A stretch of 64,000 nucleotides of DNA from Trueperaceae bacterium (GTDB lineage: Bacteria; Deinococcota; Deinococci; Deinococcales; Trueperaceae): positions 3,552,001-3,616,000 of the forward strand of contig OZ243913.1 of the NCBI GenBank assembly GCA_965213705.1, in the 5' to 3' direction. The first letter of the stretch is position 1. The number at the start of each line of letters is the position of its first letter. Positions 50,694 through 61,786 of this stretch are shown in pieces. The notes beneath the pieces are model-generated. The model saw nothing but the letters and a program-made list of their open reading frames with translations. It was not told the origin of the DNA and ran no database searches. A program made the translations under genes and the position numbers.

Positions 50694-51884
50694 TTAACCC
50701 CTTTGCGCTACCCACTCCCGAATCACCCCCGGCGTCACCGGCTCTTGCAACAGCCGACCGAACCAAGTGTCGGCGTCCTCTCGCGAAAGCAGCGGCTCGA
50801 GCAACTCGTACCCCGCCGTGTAGGTGAAAACGTAAGAGCGAAAGGTAGGATTTTTCAAAAACTCCAAACTTTTGCGCGCCTCTTCGGGTTTGCGGAGGGC
50901 GTAGCGTTCGATGTACTCGAGCACCTCCGCCTCACTCCGTTTTTCCTCGTAGAGCAGCAGCGCCGCGTTGCCGCTGACGCCGCGCAGGTCTTTTTTGGCG
51001 CGACCGACCGCCAGCATCCGCCGCACCTCTTCTCCGGCGATGCCGAGGGGCGGCGCGAGGTCGTCGGCCAGCCAGCCGGCCAGTTCGCCTTCGGCCATGA
51101 CGGTCTCGAGCGCCCAGGTCGCAACGCCCTCACTCACCACGCATTCGGGCGCGTTGATGAGGAGGATTGCGTGCTCGAGGTGTCCGGCCTCGTCCAAAAG
51201 ATGCCGCTCTTTGAGCGCGTGTTCGGTGTGGTGGCCCGGATAAACCTCGTGGGCGATGAGGTTGGGTAGGTTTGGGAGATACGTCGGCAGGTCGGTGTTG
51301 ACGTCGACCCTCGAGCGGTAGTCGCCCAAGTACCAGTTGTAGCCACCCCAAGGCTTGTCCGTGACGAGGTGCAGTTCGAAGCTTTCGTCCTCGGGCAAGG
51401 GAAAACGCGCTAGCGTGCGTTTTTTAAGTTCTGCGACGATGAGGCTCGAGACCGCTTCAATCTTGCCTTTCGGCACGACGAGCCCCGCGCGTAAGGTTTG
51501 TTCACGCGCAGCGATGTCGCCCGAGCCTGCCAGCAAATCATCAAGTTTGGCAATCGCCTCTTCGAAAACCGTTTCCGGCACACGCTCGGCGTCCACGTCG
51601 TAAAGCCCACGCACCTCCTCGGTATAGGGAACGTCGCGGCCTTGTAAGAGCGAGATAGAGGTCTGCATCGCCCGCACCTGCGCGCTGAGAAAGGCGCGGC
51701 GGGAGGCGTCCTCGAGCCCCGCCACTCTTTCAGCTAGAATTTCAGCGGACTGCTCGAGGTCTCCCAAAGACCGTTTCTCCGTGCGCTGCCATTCTTCCGG
51801 CCCGAAGTAGCCGTCGATGTAACCGGGCAGGTGCTGCTCTATGCCGAAGGCGAGTTCGACGTAGGTTTGCGCGACGTCGGGCAT
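50694..51884 (-). CDS. DUF885-like putative metallopeptidase
   Basis: AHEVYPGHHTE, VSEG, YVFTYTAG; ATG directly after the tyrS stop. Confidence 0.7.
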   Translation of the reverse strand: MPDVAQTYVELAFGIEQHLPGYIDGYFGPEEWQRTEKRSLGDLEQSAEILAERVAGLEDASRRAFLSAQVRAMQTSISLLQGRDVPYTEEVRGLYDVDAERVPETVFEEAIAKLDDLLAGSGDIAAREQTLRAGLVVPKGKIEAVSSLIVAELKKRTLARFPLPEDESFELHLVTDKPWGGYNWYLGDYRSRVDVNTDLPTYLPNLPNLIAHEVYPGHHTEHALKERHLLDEAGHLEHAILLINAPECVVSEGVATWALETVMAEGELAGWLADDLAPPLGIAGEEVRRMLAVGRAKKDLRGVSGNAALLLYEEKRSEAEVLEYIERYALRKPEEARKSLEFLKNPTFRSYVFTYTAGYELLEPLLSREDADTWFGRLLQEPVTPGVIREWVAQRG

Positions 51885-51885
51885 C

Positions 51886-53097
<1,212 letters not shown>

Positions 53098-53321
53098 TCA
53101 CCTCATAAAGTCGAGTTCTCGAGCCAATATCAGACTCAACTTTAGCAGTTGCCATAGCTTACCGCCCTGAGGACGCAACGCCACCTTCACAAAAGCAGTC
53201 CCAAACTATGAGGTACGCCACAAAACACGCACCTGTAAATCCCGAATGCGCTAGCATATTACCTTGGCGTGAACCATCCCCGTTTGAAAGACGCTTGCGT
53301 GAAAAACAACTGTGTGACACC

Positions 53322-55355
53322 GTGACCAAAACCCGCTTGGCCCGGCGCGGCAAAATTCTGGTCGAGAAGCTGGTGCGCCAGAGCCGCTACCGGGAATCTT
53401 CGGAGACGTTCTCGCTCGTACTCAGCGCGCTTGTCGTCGGGCTGTTGGCCGGGCTCGGCGCGGTCGTGTTCGACCGGGTGGTTCATTACATGGGTCTCGG
53501 CTTCGCGCTGCTCCGCGGCGAGGCGGGCGGCTTTTGGGGTTCGGTCATCGGCGTGCTCATCCCGGTGCTGGGCGGGCTGCTGGTGACGCCGGTGGTGCTG
53601 CGCTGGTCGCCCGACGTGCGCGGCTCGGGCATCCCCGGCGTGATGTTTTCGGTGAGCAACTTAGGCGCGCGTTTGCCCAAGCGAATTATCTTTTGGCGGC
53701 CCATCGCCTCGGGGATTTCGATAGGGACGGGCGCGTCTTTGGGCAGCGAGGGGCCGGTGGTGCAACTCTCGGCGGCGATAGCGTCCAGCCTCGGCGACTT
53801 ACTCAAGCTCGACGACGAGCGGCGGCGCAGTTTGGCGGCGGTCGCCACGGCGGGCGGCATCGCGGCGACCTTCAACGCGCCCATCGCGGGGGTGTTGTTC
53901 GCGCTCGAGGTGGTGCTGGGCAAGTTCACCAACAAGTACTTCACGGCGGTCGTCATCGGCTCGGTCGCGGCCTCGGTGTTGTCGCGGAGCATCCTCGGGC
54001 CGGACCCGGCGTTTGCGGTACCGAACTACGCTCTCGACAGCCCTTTGGAACTGCCGCTTTACTTTTTATTGGGTCTAGCGTCCGCGTTCGTGGCCGTCGG
54101 GCTCATTCGCACCATGATAGGCGTCGAGAACGGGTTCAACCGCTTGGCCGTTTCGCCCTGGCTGCGGCCGGCGCTGGGCGGCCTCGTCATCGGCCTGGTC
54201 GGCCTCTTGTTTCCCAGCGTCCTCGGGCGTGGCTACATGCAAACCGGCGCGATGCTCGGGGGTGACCCGTTCGGGATAGGCTTTTTGCTCGCGTTGACCG
54301 TGGCTAAGATGTTCGCCATGAGCGTGTCGCTCGCCGCCTGGCAGTCGGGCGGGATTTTCGGGCCGATTTTGTTCGTCGGCGCGGCCTTCGGTCTCGCGTT
54401 CGGGCAAGTTGCCGCCGCGCTGTTCCCAGCCTTGAACGTCACGCCGGGCGCGTTCGCGCTGGTCGGCATGGCGGCCGTTTTCGCCGGGGCCGAGCGCGCG
54501 CCCATGAGCACCATCGTCATGGTCTTCGAGATGTCGGGCGACTACCAGCTCATCTTGCCGCTGCTGCTGGCGGCGGTCGTCGCCACGCTCGTCGCCGACG
54601 TGTTTCACCCCGAGTCGATTTACCACGTCATCTTGTCGCGCAAGGGCCAGAGTTTGCTGCGGCTGCGCGAGTCCGACCTGCTCCAGACCGTCACGGTTGC
54701 AGAGGTGATGGACGCGTCGGTGCCCCGCCTTTACGCCGACGATTCGCTGCAGACTTTCGCCGAAACCCTGGCGAGTTCGCACCACCACGGCTTTGTCGTG
54801 GCGAGCCGCGACGAGCCCGAGCACGTTTTAGGCATCGTCACGCTGAGCGACATGGAGCAGGCCCGCCGCGAAGGTAAGCCGTTCGAGACGAGTCTGCGCG
54901 AGGTTTGCCACAAGACGGTTCACTGCGCGCTGCCCTTTGAGCCCATCAGCGACGTGCTCGAGCGCATGGCTCGCTATGAAATCGGCCGGATGCCCGTCGT
55001 CGACCCCAAAGACCGGCGCAGGGCGGTCGGCTTCGTGCGCCAGTCGGACTTGGCGCGCGCTTACTACCGCGCGGTGCAACGCCACCGGCAGGTTGAGGAG
55101 CAAGAAGAAGCGCGCCGTTTGCGCGACCTGACCGGCCAAGAAATCATCGAGGTCAAGGTGCGCCCCGGTTGCCCGCTGGTGGGTAAAACGTTGCGCGAAG
55201 CGAAGTTGCCCCAAGAGAGCATCGTGGTCGCCATCCGGCGCGGCGGCAAGACCGTGTTTCCCCACGGCGACACGACGTTGGAGGCCGGGGACACCGTCGT
55301 CGCCAACATCGCGCCCGGCTTCGGGCCGTCGTTCAGGAGTTTTTTTACGGCTTAG
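53322..55355 (+). CDS. ClC-family chloride channel/antiporter with CBS pair and TrkA_C (RCK_C) domain
   Basis: GSGIP, GSEGP, FNAPIAG, GGIFGP; two CBS domains; VGKTLRE..LP...VVAIRRG...PHGDT.LEAGD; start uncertain. Confidence 0.92.
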   Translation: MTKTRLARRGKILVEKLVRQSRYRESSETFSLVLSALVVGLLAGLGAVVFDRVVHYMGLGFALLRGEAGGFWGSVIGVLIPVLGGLLVTPVVLRWSPDVRGSGIPGVMFSVSNLGARLPKRIIFWRPIASGISIGTGASLGSEGPVVQLSAAIASSLGDLLKLDDERRRSLAAVATAGGIAATFNAPIAGVLFALEVVLGKFTNKYFTAVVIGSVAASVLSRSILGPDPAFAVPNYALDSPLELPLYFLLGLASAFVAVGLIRTMIGVENGFNRLAVSPWLRPALGGLVIGLVGLLFPSVLGRGYMQTGAMLGGDPFGIGFLLALTVAKMFAMSVSLAAWQSGGIFGPILFVGAAFGLAFGQVAAALFPALNVTPGAFALVGMAAVFAGAERAPMSTIVMVFEMSGDYQLILPLLLAAVVATLVADVFHPESIYHVILSRKGQSLLRLRESDLLQTVTVAEVMDASVPRLYADDSLQTFAETLASSHHHGFVVASRDEPEHVLGIVTLSDMEQARREGKPFETSLREVCHKTVHCALPFEPISDVLERMARYEIGRMPVVDPKDRRRAVGFVRQSDLARAYYRAVQRHRQVEEQEEARRLRDLTGQEIIEVKVRPGCPLVGKTLREAKLPQESIVVAIRRGGKTVFPHGDTTLEAGDTVVANIAPGFGPSFRSFFTA

Positions 55356-55533
55356 GCTCGAGAAAAGTTCCCGACCGCCGCTGCAGGCTTGAAATCTCGA
55401 GGTCGCACCGCCCTTTACGCGCTCAGCGGGCTTGTGCTAGAGTAACGTTTGGTCTCGCGCTGGGCGTCCCCGACCCCGTCCACGTGCGCTCTCAACACTC
55501 GCAAGTGAATCCGGAACCAAACGCAAAAAGGAC

Positions 55534-55968
55534 GTGACGAAGGTGAAAACCCATTTTCCCAAAGAAACGCAAAACGACTGGCTTGTCGTCGACGCGACCG
55601 GTCAAACGGTCGGCCGACTCGCTACCCAAATCGCCCACGTGCTCCGCGGCAAACACAAGCCCAACTTCACCCCCAACCAGGCCGGCGGCGACTTCGTCGT
55701 CGTGGTGAACGCCGACAAAGTTGTCTTTACCGGCAGCAAGATGGAGAACAAAACCTACACGCGCTACACGGGTTACCAGGGTGGTTTGAAAATCACCACT
55801 GCCGAAGAAATGCTCGCCAAGCACCCCGAACGCATCGTCGAGCACGCCGTGTGGGGCATGTTGCCCAAGGGCACCCTGGGCCGCAAGATGTACACGCGCC
55901 TGAAAGTCTACCCGGGCGCGACGCACCCACACGCCGCGCAACAACCCAAAGAGATGGAGCTACGCTGA
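55534..55968 (+). CDS. rplM: 50S ribosomal protein L13
   Basis: WLVVDA...[29 protein letters not shown]. Confidence 0.98.
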   Translation: MTKVKTHFPKETQNDWLVVDATGQTVGRLATQIAHVLRGKHKPNFTPNQAGGDFVVVVNADKVVFTGSKMENKTYTRYTGYQGGLKITTAEEMLAKHPERIVEHAVWGMLPKGTLGRKMYTRLKVYPGATHPHAAQQPKEMELR

Positions 55969-56354
55969 TGGAAGAGTATTACGGCACCGGCCGCCGCAAA
56001 GCCTCGGTCGCCCGCGTGTTTTTGCGCCCCGGCCAGGGCCGCATCGTTGTCAACGGCAAAGATTTCCAGACCTACTTCCGCGGGATTTTCAAGGGCGTTC
56101 AAGCCTTGGAACCCCTCAAAGTGACCGGCACCGCCGGACGCTACGACGCGCTTATCACCGTGCAGGGCGGCGGCCCCACGGGCCAAGCGGACGCGATTAA
56201 ACTCGGCGTCGCCCGCGCGCTCCTCAAGGTCGACCCGAACTTTCGCCCCGCCCTCAAAGACGCGGGCCACCTGACCCGCGACGCCCGCGTGGTCGAGCGC
56301 AAAAAGTACGGTCTGCGCAAGGCCCGCCGCGCGCCGCAGTACAGCAAGCGCTAA
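55968..56354 (+). CDS. rpsI: 30S ribosomal protein S9
   Basis: [35 protein letters not shown] coupling. Confidence 0.98.
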   Translation: MEEYYGTGRRKASVARVFLRPGQGRIVVNGKDFQTYFRGIFKGVQALEPLKVTGTAGRYDALITVQGGGPTGQADAIKLGVARALLKVDPNFRPALKDAGHLTRDARVVERKKYGLRKARRAPQYSKR

Positions 56355-56370
56355 GCTCGTTTTCAAACCA

Positions 56371-56402
56371 AAAGGCGGAGGTGTTCGACACTTCCGTCTT
56401 TT
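56371..56402 (+). terminator. rplM-rpsI intrinsic terminator
   Basis: AAAGGCGGAGGTGT-tcg-ACACTTCCGTCTTTT. Confidence 0.8.
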
Positions 56403-56469
56403 GTTGGCTCGAGGTTGCCTCAAGCGCTTTTCACACCCTCTCGAACCCACCTGAGATAAGCTCTCCCCT

Positions 56470-57270
56470 ATGTCCATCTTTCAAGCCACCGTCCTCGGCA
56501 TCGTCCAGGGGCTCACCGAGTTTTTGCCGGTCTCGAGTTCGGGTCATCTCGTCCTAGCCAACTACTACTTCGGCTGGGGCGAACGTCTCCCCTTTTACGT
56601 CGACCTAGCGACGAACGCCGGGACCTTTTTGGCCGTCATCCTGGCGCTTTACAAAGACGTGTGGGCGGCGCTGTCGGGCTTTTTTCGCGGCCTCGTGTCA
56701 CGAGAGGCGCGGCGGGAGGACGGCTGGCGCATGGCGCTCCTCGTTATTGCCGGCTCGGTGCCGACGGCCGTTATCGGTTTGGGGCTGAAACCCTATTTCG
56801 AGGCGCTCAACCAGCCGCTTTACGTTTCGTTCGCTTTGATAGTCACCGGCGCTATTTTGTGGTTTACACCCCGCTCCGGCCCGAAAGACGAGGTCGCCGA
56901 ACTGACCTTTGTAGACGCCGTCGTCGGCGGGTTGGCGCAGGGTTTGGCGGTCGTGCCCGGCATCTCCCGCTCAGGCACGACGATTTCGACGATGATGTGG
57001 CGCGGCGCGACCGCGGCAGCGGCGGCCCGGTTCTCGTTTTTGATGTACCTCGTCGCCTCGCTCGGCGCGACGCTCATCGGGGTGGGCGAGGTGCGTGAGG
57101 CGGCCGTCGAGACGGGTCCGCTCGTCGCCATGATTGCCGCCTCATTCGTGACGGGCTACGCGGCGATTTTGGGCTTGTTCGCCATTCTGCGGCGCGGCCG
57201 GTTCAGGCTGTTCGCCCCCTATTTGTGGGCCGTCGCCGCGCTGACCTTGCTCACGCTCTGGCTGCGCTGA
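56470..57270 (+). CDS. uppP: undecaprenyl-diphosphate phosphatase
   Basis: GIVQGLTEFLPVSSSGH, PGISRSG. Confidence 0.96.
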   Translation: MSIFQATVLGIVQGLTEFLPVSSSGHLVLANYYFGWGERLPFYVDLATNAGTFLAVILALYKDVWAALSGFFRGLVSREARREDGWRMALLVIAGSVPTAVIGLGLKPYFEALNQPLYVSFALIVTGAILWFTPRSGPKDEVAELTFVDAVVGGLAQGLAVVPGISRSGTTISTMMWRGATAAAAARFSFLMYLVASLGATLIGVGEVREAAVETGPLVAMIAASFVTGYAAILGLFAILRRGRFRLFAPYLWAVAALTLLTLWLR

Positions 57271-57515
57271 GTCAGTTGCTCGGGCTGACTCTGGAGCCTG
57301 ATTTTCTGCCATGCTGAACAAAGCGGAGCGTAATGAAGAAGATGTTTAGGTTCACGCCTCGAGAGATTCTTCGCGTTCCTGAACAACCGTACAAACCCCT
57401 CGCTCCAAGCTGCCGGCGTAACTTAAAACCTTAACCAAACTCCCACCCCGACCGGGGCAACAGTTCGGGGGTGGGGTTCTGAGCTACACTGTGTGGGATT
57501 TTGGGAGGAAGCCCC

Positions 57516-59081
57516 ATGCCTACAAACACCACGAAAAACACACCAAAACCTGACAAAAGACGCGTCGTGACCCGCATTGCCCCCTCGCCGACCGGCGACC
57601 CGCACGTGGGCACGGCCTACATGAGCTTGTTCGACTACGTTTACGCCAAGCAGCAGGGCGGCACCTTTATTTTGCGCGTCGAAGACACCGACCAAAAACG
57701 CTACAACGAAACGTCCGAAGCTCGAGTTCTGGAGGCTCTCGAGTGGCTCGGCCTGGGTCCCGACGAAAGCCCCAGCAAGGGCGGCCCCCACGCCCCCTAC
57801 CGCCAGACCGAGCGCAAAGAGCTGTACCAAAAATATGCCGACGAACTTCTTGCCGCCGGGCACGCCTACCGCGCGTTTGAAACACAAGAAGAGCTGGACG
57901 CCATCCGCCAGGACCTGCAGCGCCGCGGCCTGAGCCACGGCTATGACGGGCGGGGCCGTTCGGTGAGCGAAGAAGAGTCCGAGCGCCGCGCCGCCGCGGG
58001 TGAAGACTTCGTCGTCCGCCTCGTCACGCCGGACGAGGGCGAAACGGTCGTCAACGACGCCCTGCGCGGTACGGTGCGCATCCCCAACCGCGAAGTCATG
58101 GACGCTGTTCTTTTAAAAAGCGACGGACTGCCGACCTATCACCTGGCCGTCGTGGTCGACGACCACCTCATGGGGGTGACCCACGCGGTCCGCGGCGAAG
58201 AGTGGCTGCCGAGCGCGCCGATTCACGTGCTGCTTTACAAAGCTTTCGGCTGGCAAGAGCCCGTTTGGATTCACATGCCGCTGCTCCGCAACGCCGAGGG
58301 CAAAAAGCTCAGCAAGCGTAAAGACGACGTCAGCCTGGACTCGTACCGCCTTCAAGGCGTCGTGCCCGAGGCGCTGCTCAACTACCTCGGCACGATGGGC
58401 TGGAGTATGCCCGACGGACGCGAGTTTTTCAGTGTACAGGACATGATTGAACACTTCTCGTTCGACCGCGTCTCGGCGGGCGCGCCCGTGTTCGACCTGA
58501 AGCGCCTGCGGTTTTACAACGCCAAATACCTGCGCGAGGTGATGCCCCTCGAGACCGTCGCCGAACGCGCCGCGCCGTTCCTAAAGGCGGCGGGCTACAG
58601 CTGGGACGACGAAGACTACCTCCTCGACGTTTTAGAAGTCATGCTCCCCCGGGTCGAAACGTTGCAGGAGTTGGTCGAGCAGGGCGACTATTTTTTCAAA
58701 GACGACTTCACTTACACCGAGGACGCCAAGCGGCGGCTCGAGGCCGGGCAGAAATATTTGGAGAGCTTGGAGCGCGAGCTGTCCCTGCTCGACTTTTTCG
58801 ACCACGACGACGTTGAGGACGCGGTGCGCGACTACGTCCAGTCGCAGTCGGTGAAGATGGGCGAGGTCATGCAACCTTTGCGCGCCGCACTCACCGGAAC
58901 CGTCCAAGCGCCCGGCGTCATCGAACTCTGCACTATTTTGGGCAAGCGCAAGGTGTTAGAGCGCATCGGGCGGGCCATCGATTTTTTGGAGGCGGGTCTG
59001 CCGGACGATAAACCGCAAAAACCGGCTGAGGCTAAAAAAGAGGGCGCTAAAAAAGAAGAAGCCAAGAAAGCGGCCGCTTAA
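57516..59081 (+). CDS. gltX: glutamate--tRNA ligase
   Basis: RIAPSPTG.PHVG, RVEDTD, RGEEW, KLSKR; GGGAGG RBS. Confidence 0.97.
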   Translation: MPTNTTKNTPKPDKRRVVTRIAPSPTGDPHVGTAYMSLFDYVYAKQQGGTFILRVEDTDQKRYNETSEARVLEALEWLGLGPDESPSKGGPHAPYRQTERKELYQKYADELLAAGHAYRAFETQEELDAIRQDLQRRGLSHGYDGRGRSVSEEESERRAAAGEDFVVRLVTPDEGETVVNDALRGTVRIPNREVMDAVLLKSDGLPTYHLAVVVDDHLMGVTHAVRGEEWLPSAPIHVLLYKAFGWQEPVWIHMPLLRNAEGKKLSKRKDDVSLDSYRLQGVVPEALLNYLGTMGWSMPDGREFFSVQDMIEHFSFDRVSAGAPVFDLKRLRFYNAKYLREVMPLETVAERAAPFLKAAGYSWDDEDYLLDVLEVMLPRVETLQELVEQGDYFFKDDFTYTEDAKRRLEAGQKYLESLERELSLLDFFDHDDVEDAVRDYVQSQSVKMGEVMQPLRAALTGTVQAPGVIELCTILGKRKVLERIGRAIDFLEAGLPDDKPQKPAEAKKEGAKKEEAKKAAA

Positions 59082-60023
59082 GTGGCCTGGTTCGACCGCC
59101 TACGCCAAGGGTTGGGCAAGACCCGCGACATGCTCACCACCGACGTCCGCGACTTGGGCAGAACCTGGGAGATGGACTGGGACGACCTCGAATTCGCCCT
59201 CATCGGGGCGGACGTGGGCGCGAGAATCGCCGCCGAGGTCGTCGAGGAGACGAAAAAGGGGCGCGAACGCGGCTCCACCTTCAAAGAATCTTTGGAAGTC
59301 GCCATGATGCGGCAGCTCGAGCCCGACCGCACCCGGCAGATTTTACGCAACGTCGGTTTCAAGCTCGACGTGGGCCGCAACGAGGTGCCGGTCAAAGGCC
59401 ACGTGGTGATGGTCGTCGGCGTGAACGGCGTGGGCAAAACGACCACCATCGCCAAGCTCGGGGCGTACTACAAGGGTCACGGCAAACGGGTGATGTACGC
59501 AGCCGGCGACACCTTCCGCGCGGCGGCGACGGCGCAGTTGGAAGTCTGGGGCGACCGCCTCAACATCCCCACCGTCACCGGGCCGGACGGCTCCGACCCC
59601 GGCGCGGTCGCCTTCGACGCGGCGCAAGCTAGACGCGCGCGCGGCTACGACCTGTTGTTCGTCGACACCGCCGGGCGACTCCACACGAAGCACAACCTCA
59701 TGCAAGAACTCAAAAAAGTCAAGCGGGTGATTGCCAAAGCCGACCCCGGCGAACCGCAGGAAACCTGGCTCGTCTTAGACGCGGTGACCGGGCAGAACGG
59801 GCTCGAGCAAGCGCGCAAATTCAACGAGGCCGTCGAACTCACCGGCGTCATCGTCACCAAGTTGGACGGCACCGCCAAGGGCGGAATTCTGCTGCCGATT
59901 GCGCGCGAACTCAATCTGCCGATTAAGTTCATCGGCGTGGGCGAGGCGGCGGAGGACTTGCAGCCCTACGACGCGGCGGCGTTTGTGAAGGCGCTGCTGG
60001 ACATACCTGCTAAAGCCGCGTAA
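59082..60023 (+). CDS. ftsY: signal recognition particle receptor
   Basis: GVNGVGKTTTIAKL, DTFRAAA, DTAGR, TKLDGTAKGG. Confidence 0.97.
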   Translation: MAWFDRLRQGLGKTRDMLTTDVRDLGRTWEMDWDDLEFALIGADVGARIAAEVVEETKKGRERGSTFKESLEVAMMRQLEPDRTRQILRNVGFKLDVGRNEVPVKGHVVMVVGVNGVGKTTTIAKLGAYYKGHGKRVMYAAGDTFRAAATAQLEVWGDRLNIPTVTGPDGSDPGAVAFDAAQARRARGYDLLFVDTAGRLHTKHNLMQELKKVKRVIAKADPGEPQETWLVLDAVTGQNGLEQARKFNEAVELTGVIVTKLDGTAKGGILLPIARELNLPIKFIGVGEAAEDLQPYDAAAFVKALLDIPAKAA

Positions 60024-60034
60024 AGGAGCGCTAA

Positions 60035-60319
60035 ATGACTTTGGAACTCAAATTGCCAACGATTCTCGAGAAAAATCTGTTACAAGAAGCGGAGCGTCAG
60101 GGCGTCTCCGCCCACGACTACACCCTGAAAGTGCTCGAAGAGCACCTGGCAGTCATCAGAAAAGGCAAGGAACTCGCTCAGCTCCTCCAGTCCTGGTTAG
60201 ACGAAGACAACGCTGAAGAACAAAAAGAAACAGGAGACGACCTCATTCGCGCTCTGGACGAAAATCGCTTGTCAGACCGAGAACTGTTCCCGCCCGGACT
60301 TCGCGGTGTGACCTGGTGA
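60035..60319 (+). CDS. putative antitoxin (RHH-like N-terminus)
   Basis: small acidic ORF overlapping the PIN gene start (GTGA); AAGGAG RBS. Confidence 0.72.
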   Translation: MTLELKLPTILEKNLLQEAERQGVSAHDYTLKVLEEHLAVIRKGKELAQLLQSWLDEDNAEEQKETGDDLIRALDENRLSDRELFPPGLRGVTW

Positions 60320-60774
60320 GCCTCGTCGTGCTGCTGGACGCCGGTCCTTTGGGTTTAGTTACAAATCCAAAACGCTCGCAGTAAAGTACCGCTTGTGCTC
60401 AGTGGCTACAGGCTCTCGTGCTGGGCGGCACACAAGTGTTTCTTCCTGAAATTGCCGACTATGAAGTGCGACGCGAACTTTTACGCGCGAATAAGCGGCA
60501 GGGGCTTGCACGTCTGGACGCGCTCGGTAACTCGGTAATCTACTTACCTTTGACAACAGTCGCCATGCGTCAAGCCGCGTTGTTTTGGGCTCGGGCTAGG
60601 CAGCAAGGACAGCCTACTGCAAGCGACAAAGCACTCGACGGAGATGTCATATTAGCGGCGCAGGCGCTAACCCTTGAGCAGCCCGACGTTGTTATCGCAA
60701 CGACAAACGTAGGACATCTATCTCGTTTCGCTCCCGCAGCTTTGTGGCGAGACATCGCAAACGAGACGCCGTGA
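60316..60774 (+). pseudogene. PIN-domain toxin interrupted by an in-frame TAA
   Basis: VSLVVLLDAGPLGLVTNPKRSQ*STACAQWL...PEIADYEVRRELLR...LDGDVILAAQA...ATTN; stop at 60382-60384. Confidence 0.85.
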
Positions 60775-60826
60775 TGCAAATTCACAAAGCTACTTTTGAT
60801 GTCAGTGAAGGTATTAGCCCCTCAAC

Positions 60827-61741
60827 ATGAAGCTCGAGCCCTATCAAAACACGGACTTTACAACCTTTGTCGAGTTGCTGAACGCCCTTGCCGCCGAACT
60901 TGGCGGGCAAGCCACCGACGAAGCGGCGCAGCTCGAGTACGAGGGCTGGTTGAACCGCGACCTGAGTCAAAGCCGAGTCGTCGTGCGCGACCCCGCGAAT
61001 CCCACGGTACTTCTGGCTTACGCCGACCTGTTTATAACCAAAAAGGCTGAGGCCAACCTCGCTTTCGGCGTTCACCCCGACAGGCGGGACGGCAGCCTCG
61101 AGCCCAAGCTGCTCGAGTGGCTAACCTCCCGCTCCCGTGCTTTGAACGCGATTGCCCAAAACGTTCTTACGCCTGCCTCGGACGAGCGCACGGTTGCGTT
61201 TTTAGAGAAGAACGGCTTTGCGGTAGCAGGCGCGTACCGAAAAATGACGTTTTCACCCCTGACCTCGGAAGCTCTGGCTAAAGCGCCTCCGCTACCTGCG
61301 GGTTACACGTTGAAAAGCTACGGCGACGCTGGGGACGACCAGCTTTTCATCACAGCCATGAATAAGAGTTTCAGCGACCTGTGGGGTCACGGCGTGGCGA
61401 CGGAGGCTGTGTGGCAGCAGATTCTCGAGCTTTCCGACATTGAACATTTCTTTGTCTTGCTGGCTGAAGATGAGGCGGTTGGTTTTTTGAGCATCAGCGT
61501 AACCGACGATGACGCGGTGGCGGGCCGACTGGATTCACCCGGCCTCGCTCCTGAACACCGCAGCCCGGACCTTTACCGGACGCTCGCGCTCGAGGGGCTG
61601 CAGCGCCTGGCAGCTAAGGGCGTCAAACGGGTGACGCTGGAATGCTGGGGAGAGTCGAGAGAGACAGTTGAGGCGTACGGAGCGTTGGGCTTTGCGTCGG
61701 TAGCGGTAGAACTCGGTTACCGGCGCAGGTTGGATGAGTAA
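60827..61741 (+). CDS. tandem GNAT-family acetyltransferase
   Basis: VHPDRR...FLEKNGF and LAPEHR...YGALGF repeats. Confidence 0.82.
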   Translation: MKLEPYQNTDFTTFVELLNALAAELGGQATDEAAQLEYEGWLNRDLSQSRVVVRDPANPTVLLAYADLFITKKAEANLAFGVHPDRRDGSLEPKLLEWLTSRSRALNAIAQNVLTPASDERTVAFLEKNGFAVAGAYRKMTFSPLTSEALAKAPPLPAGYTLKSYGDAGDDQLFITAMNKSFSDLWGHGVATEAVWQQILELSDIEHFFVLLAEDEAVGFLSISVTDDDAVAGRLDSPGLAPEHRSPDLYRTLALEGLQRLAAKGVKRVTLECWGESRETVEAYGALGFASVAVELGYRRRLDE

Positions 61742-61786
61742 CGCGGCTCTAAAACTCTGCAGGGTCAGGCCGTCGGCTCAGCTGGA

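Noticed and set aside
55445..55530. Ribosomal L13 leader RNA
   Set aside because: Position and CCCCG/CCGG tracts are suggestive, but I cannot establish the structure without a covariance search.
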